From contig JBHLMN010000002.1 of assembly GCA_048938105.1 (NCBI GenBank), positions 160,001 to 224,000 of the forward strand: 64,000 bases of DNA. The letters run 5' to 3'. Below are positions 61,573 through 64,000 of the stretch, piece by piece; within the stretch, counting starts at the first letter, position 1, and the number at the start of each line of letters is the position of its first letter. The translations under genes and the position numbers were made by a program. Origin of the DNA: Promethearchaeota archaeon. Lineage in GTDB: Archaea; Asgardarchaeota; Heimdallarchaeia; Hodarchaeales; Hodarchaeaceae. The notes beneath the pieces are model-generated. The model did not search any database. It saw nothing but the letters and a program-made list of their open reading frames with translations, and was not told the DNA's origin.

Positions 61573-62937
61573 ATGATAAATAAAAAATTAATGATTTTTC
61601 TCGTTAATGTCTCTCTAATTACATTAACTATCAATTTTATGCCATTTGATATTACTGAGTCGTCCGAGGCAGCTAATTCGGGAGAGAATTTAACGTATAG
61701 GCAAGAAGTACTGTGGAATAAGACCTATGGAGAAAAAAATAATGAAGAAGCATCTGCCGTCCTTCAAACAACTGACGGAGGTTATATCCTTGTAGGTAGA
61801 ACTGATGGTCTTGGTGTTGATTATCGGGGAATTGTTGTGAAAACTGACATAAATGGCCTAGAACAGTGGACTAAGAATTATCTGGGTTTTATTCGTGCTC
61901 TCATCCAGACCCCAGATGGAGGTTACGCGTTTGTAGGCGAAAAATGGTCTTTTGATTTTTTCTATTTCAGTAAAAATGATATGTGGCTCATCAAAACCGA
62001 TAGTAATGGAGCAGTAGAGTGGAATCAGAGTTATGGAGGGAATTTTAATGAGGCTGCGTATGGACTAATTCAAAGTGCAGATGGTGGGTATATCCTTGCT
62101 GGGTACACTGATTCATATGGCGCAGGAGAAAAAGATATGTGGTTGATCAAAACAGATGCCAATGGAACACTGCAGTGGGATCAAAGTTATGGAGGAAACA
62201 TGAACGAGGAAGCGTTCGGGCTCATCCAAACTGTAGATGGCGGATATGCCCTCGCTGGGTACACTGAGTCATACGGAAATGGGAAAAAAGATGTGTGGTT
62301 GATCAAAACAGATGTCAATGGAACTATACAATGGAATCAGACATATGGAGGAACTGAGAATGAAGAAGTTTACACACTCGTTCAGACTGTTGATGGAGAT
62401 TTTCTCCTTGCTGGTTATACTGAATCATATGGTGTTGGTGAAGAGGACATATGGTTGGTAAAAACGGATCAGAGTGGAGCTAGGCACTGGGATAAAACTT
62501 TTGGGTCCTATTGGAGTGATAAAGCTCAAGCTCTTATCCAAACTACAGATGGCAACTTTGCCCTTGCAGGTAGTATCTATTGGGATCCTAGATGTGAACA
62601 TCCATGTCACTTTAACATGTTTCTAGCAAAGATTGACATAACTGGGAACGAACAGTGGAATCAGAGTTATGGAGGAGTGAATGGTGATAAAGCATATGGA
62701 TTACTACAAACTTCTGATGAGAACTTCCTCCTTGCTGGGTACACTGAATCATATGGCGCGGGAGGATGGGATATGTGGTTAGTAAAGACAATAAAAAGAA
62801 GATATGAGGAAACAACAACTACAACTAGTTGGGATACAGCGGAGATTGGGATTTTTCCCTCATTAATTGCTTCGGTAATTCTAATCAAACTATATAAAAG
62901 GAGAAAACAAACCAAGAGAATCGTTGGTTACCATTGA
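61573..62937 (+). CDS. Secreted beta-propeller repeat protein with C-terminal anchor
   Basis: About 7 repeats of W-x-x-x-YGG...E...QT-x-DGGY-x-LAGYT-x-SYG-x-G..D-x-WLIKTD; Thr-rich linker, TM segment and KRRK. Confidence 0.88.
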   Translation: MINKKLMIFLVNVSLITLTINFMPFDITESSEAANSGENLTYRQEVLWNKTYGEKNNEEASAVLQTTDGGYILVGRTDGLGVDYRGIVVKTDINGLEQWTKNYLGFIRALIQTPDGGYAFVGEKWSFDFFYFSKNDMWLIKTDSNGAVEWNQSYGGNFNEAAYGLIQSADGGYILAGYTDSYGAGEKDMWLIKTDANGTLQWDQSYGGNMNEEAFGLIQTVDGGYALAGYTESYGNGKKDVWLIKTDVNGTIQWNQTYGGTENEEVYTLVQTVDGDFLLAGYTESYGVGEEDIWLVKTDQSGARHWDKTFGSYWSDKAQALIQTTDGNFALAGSIYWDPRCEHPCHFNMFLAKIDITGNEQWNQSYGGVNGDKAYGLLQTSDENFLLAGYTESYGAGGWDMWLVKTIKRRYEETTTTTSWDTAEIGIFPSLIASVILIKLYKRRKQTKRIVGYH

Positions 62938-63413
62938 TCAATCCTTTGTTTCTAAAAGCTTTAAAGTTCTTTTATTATCAAATGAAATCTTCAAACATTA
63001 CATGGGCGGTAACTGGGAGTTTAAGTATGGCATTACAAGGGATTCCTGTTGTCCCTCACGACATTGACATTCAAACTGACGAAAAAGGAGCATATTCAAT
63101 TCAGAAACTTTTCAAAAAATATATAAAAAAACCAGTCACTTTCTGTGGGGATAAAACAATAAAATCACATTTTGGAAGCATTAAGCTTTTTGATATAGTA
63201 TTAGAGATCATGGGAGGAGTCCAAAAACAGCTTGTAAATGGATCTTGGGAACCACCAGTTGATATACAACCTCATCGTCGCTTTATCAAGCTAAAAGGCA
63301 TGAATTTACCAGTATTATCTTTGGAGTATGAGGAACAGGCATATAGAAAGCTAGGACGAATTGAAAGAGCAGATCTATTGAAAAAGTATTTAGAGAAAGA
63401 TTATCAGGAATAA
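62934..63413 (+). CDS. Nucleotidyltransferase superfamily protein
   Basis: WAVTGS...QG...HDIDI (GS plus DxD). Confidence 0.8.
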   Translation: MINPLFLKALKFFYYQMKSSNITWAVTGSLSMALQGIPVVPHDIDIQTDEKGAYSIQKLFKKYIKKPVTFCGDKTIKSHFGSIKLFDIVLEIMGGVQKQLVNGSWEPPVDIQPHRRFIKLKGMNLPVLSLEYEEQAYRKLGRIERADLLKKYLEKDYQE

Positions 63414-63524
63414 TCATATCATTAAGAAATTTAAGTTTTGTTGGTTTCTATTAATACCAAGATAATCACTTCGTAACTCATCTCTCTCCTCTTTTTTAGT
63501 CTTATAAAGACATTTCTCTGTTTT

Positions 63525-63767
63525 TTACCTCTTCTTAGTCACTTCTATATCTCGTGTGTATATCACTCTGAATTTGTTACAATCAGCTTTAAAACATTCT
63601 GCACAGCCTTCCATTTCCCCTGGAACTACAGGTTCAACGCGTACTTCTTGATTCAATGATTTATACAATTCTACGTATTCGTTCACTCGATGTGTTTCGA
63701 TTGTAAACTTTCTCTCCCATCCCTCTTTCTCTAACCTTGATTGTTCTGTGTTTTTCTCGTTTTTCAA
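63525..63767 (-). CDS. Small hypothetical protein with CxxC
   Basis: GWERKF...YKSLNQEVRVEP...CAECF...VIYTR. Confidence 0.65.
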   Translation of the reverse strand: MKNEKNTEQSRLEKEGWERKFTIETHRVNEYVELYKSLNQEVRVEPVVPGEMEGCAECFKADCNKFRVIYTRDIEVTKKR

Positions 63768-63799
63768 GTTTATTCTCTTTTTCCTACAGATTTTTTTGG

Positions 63800-64000
63800 T
63801 TAAAATAGATCATCATCTAAGTCTTCATTACCTTCTGGCATTCTCCCAAATTCATGCATGAATTGTTGGAGTAATTCACTTTCTTTCTTTGTGTACATCG
63901 GATCCTCTTCATAACCAAAGTATTGTGCTTTTTCATTAGTGTTCAGCTGTTCTTCTAATGCTTGACGTAGATTGGGAGTTCCTTGGATGAATATAATTTG
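63800..64000 (-). CDS. C-terminal part of a gene starting beyond the window
   Basis: Open frame QIIFIQGTPNLRQALEEQL...YEEDPMYTKKESELLQQFMHEFGRMPEGNEDLDDDLF ends with a stop at 63800-63802. Confidence 0.75.
   Translation of the reverse strand, partial: QIIFIQGTPNLRQALEEQLNTNEKAQYFGYEEDPMYTKKESELLQQFMHEFGRMPEGNEDLDDDLF

Noticed and set aside
61720-62790. DNA-level repeats that could mimic a CRISPR array
   Set aside because: They are degenerate, in-frame coding repeats of a beta-propeller protein, not identical repeats with unique spacers.
9-62915. Numerous short ORF-track calls antisense to or nested in long genes (e.g. 9-248, 10670-11002, 20601-21080, 37730-38101, 50180-50491)
   Set aside because: They are shadows of well-supported genes on the other strand or frame.

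Overview
AT-rich archaeal chromosomal segment, most consistent with an Asgard archaeon (Heimdallarchaeia-like). The evidence is two tandem archaeal histones, two Rab-like small GTPases, a V4R protein, a TFS/RpoM paralog, a DmrX-type flavoprotein and giant CTERM-anchored surface proteins, mixed with bacterial-type metabolic genes (gpmA, pyk, pncA/pncB, panE, ggt). The main observation is a gamma-carbonic-anhydrase-family gene (41853-42412) interrupted by a 29-nt insert (41925-41953). The insert folds with its flanking exons into a bulge-helix-bulge (BHB) motif, and the predicted tRNA-splicing-endonuclease cuts exactly restore the reading frame. This makes it a candidate archaeal-type intron in a protein-coding mRNA. 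The window also encodes a highly divergent RtcB-like RNA ligase, a protein with about 11 PC/HEAT repeats resembling the Rpn1/Rpn2 toroid, a doubly inactivated dual-specificity pseudophosphatase, a TFS paralog with an altered acidic tip and a SHOCT-bactofilin/ArsR pair. Other notable items are a CTG-initiated DUF58 gene and a frameshifted stand-alone TnpB whose 3' end (putative omega RNA) is duplicated in front of a histidine kinase. No rRNA, tRNA or CRISPR array was recognised. All family calls come from motif recognition by eye, not database searches.
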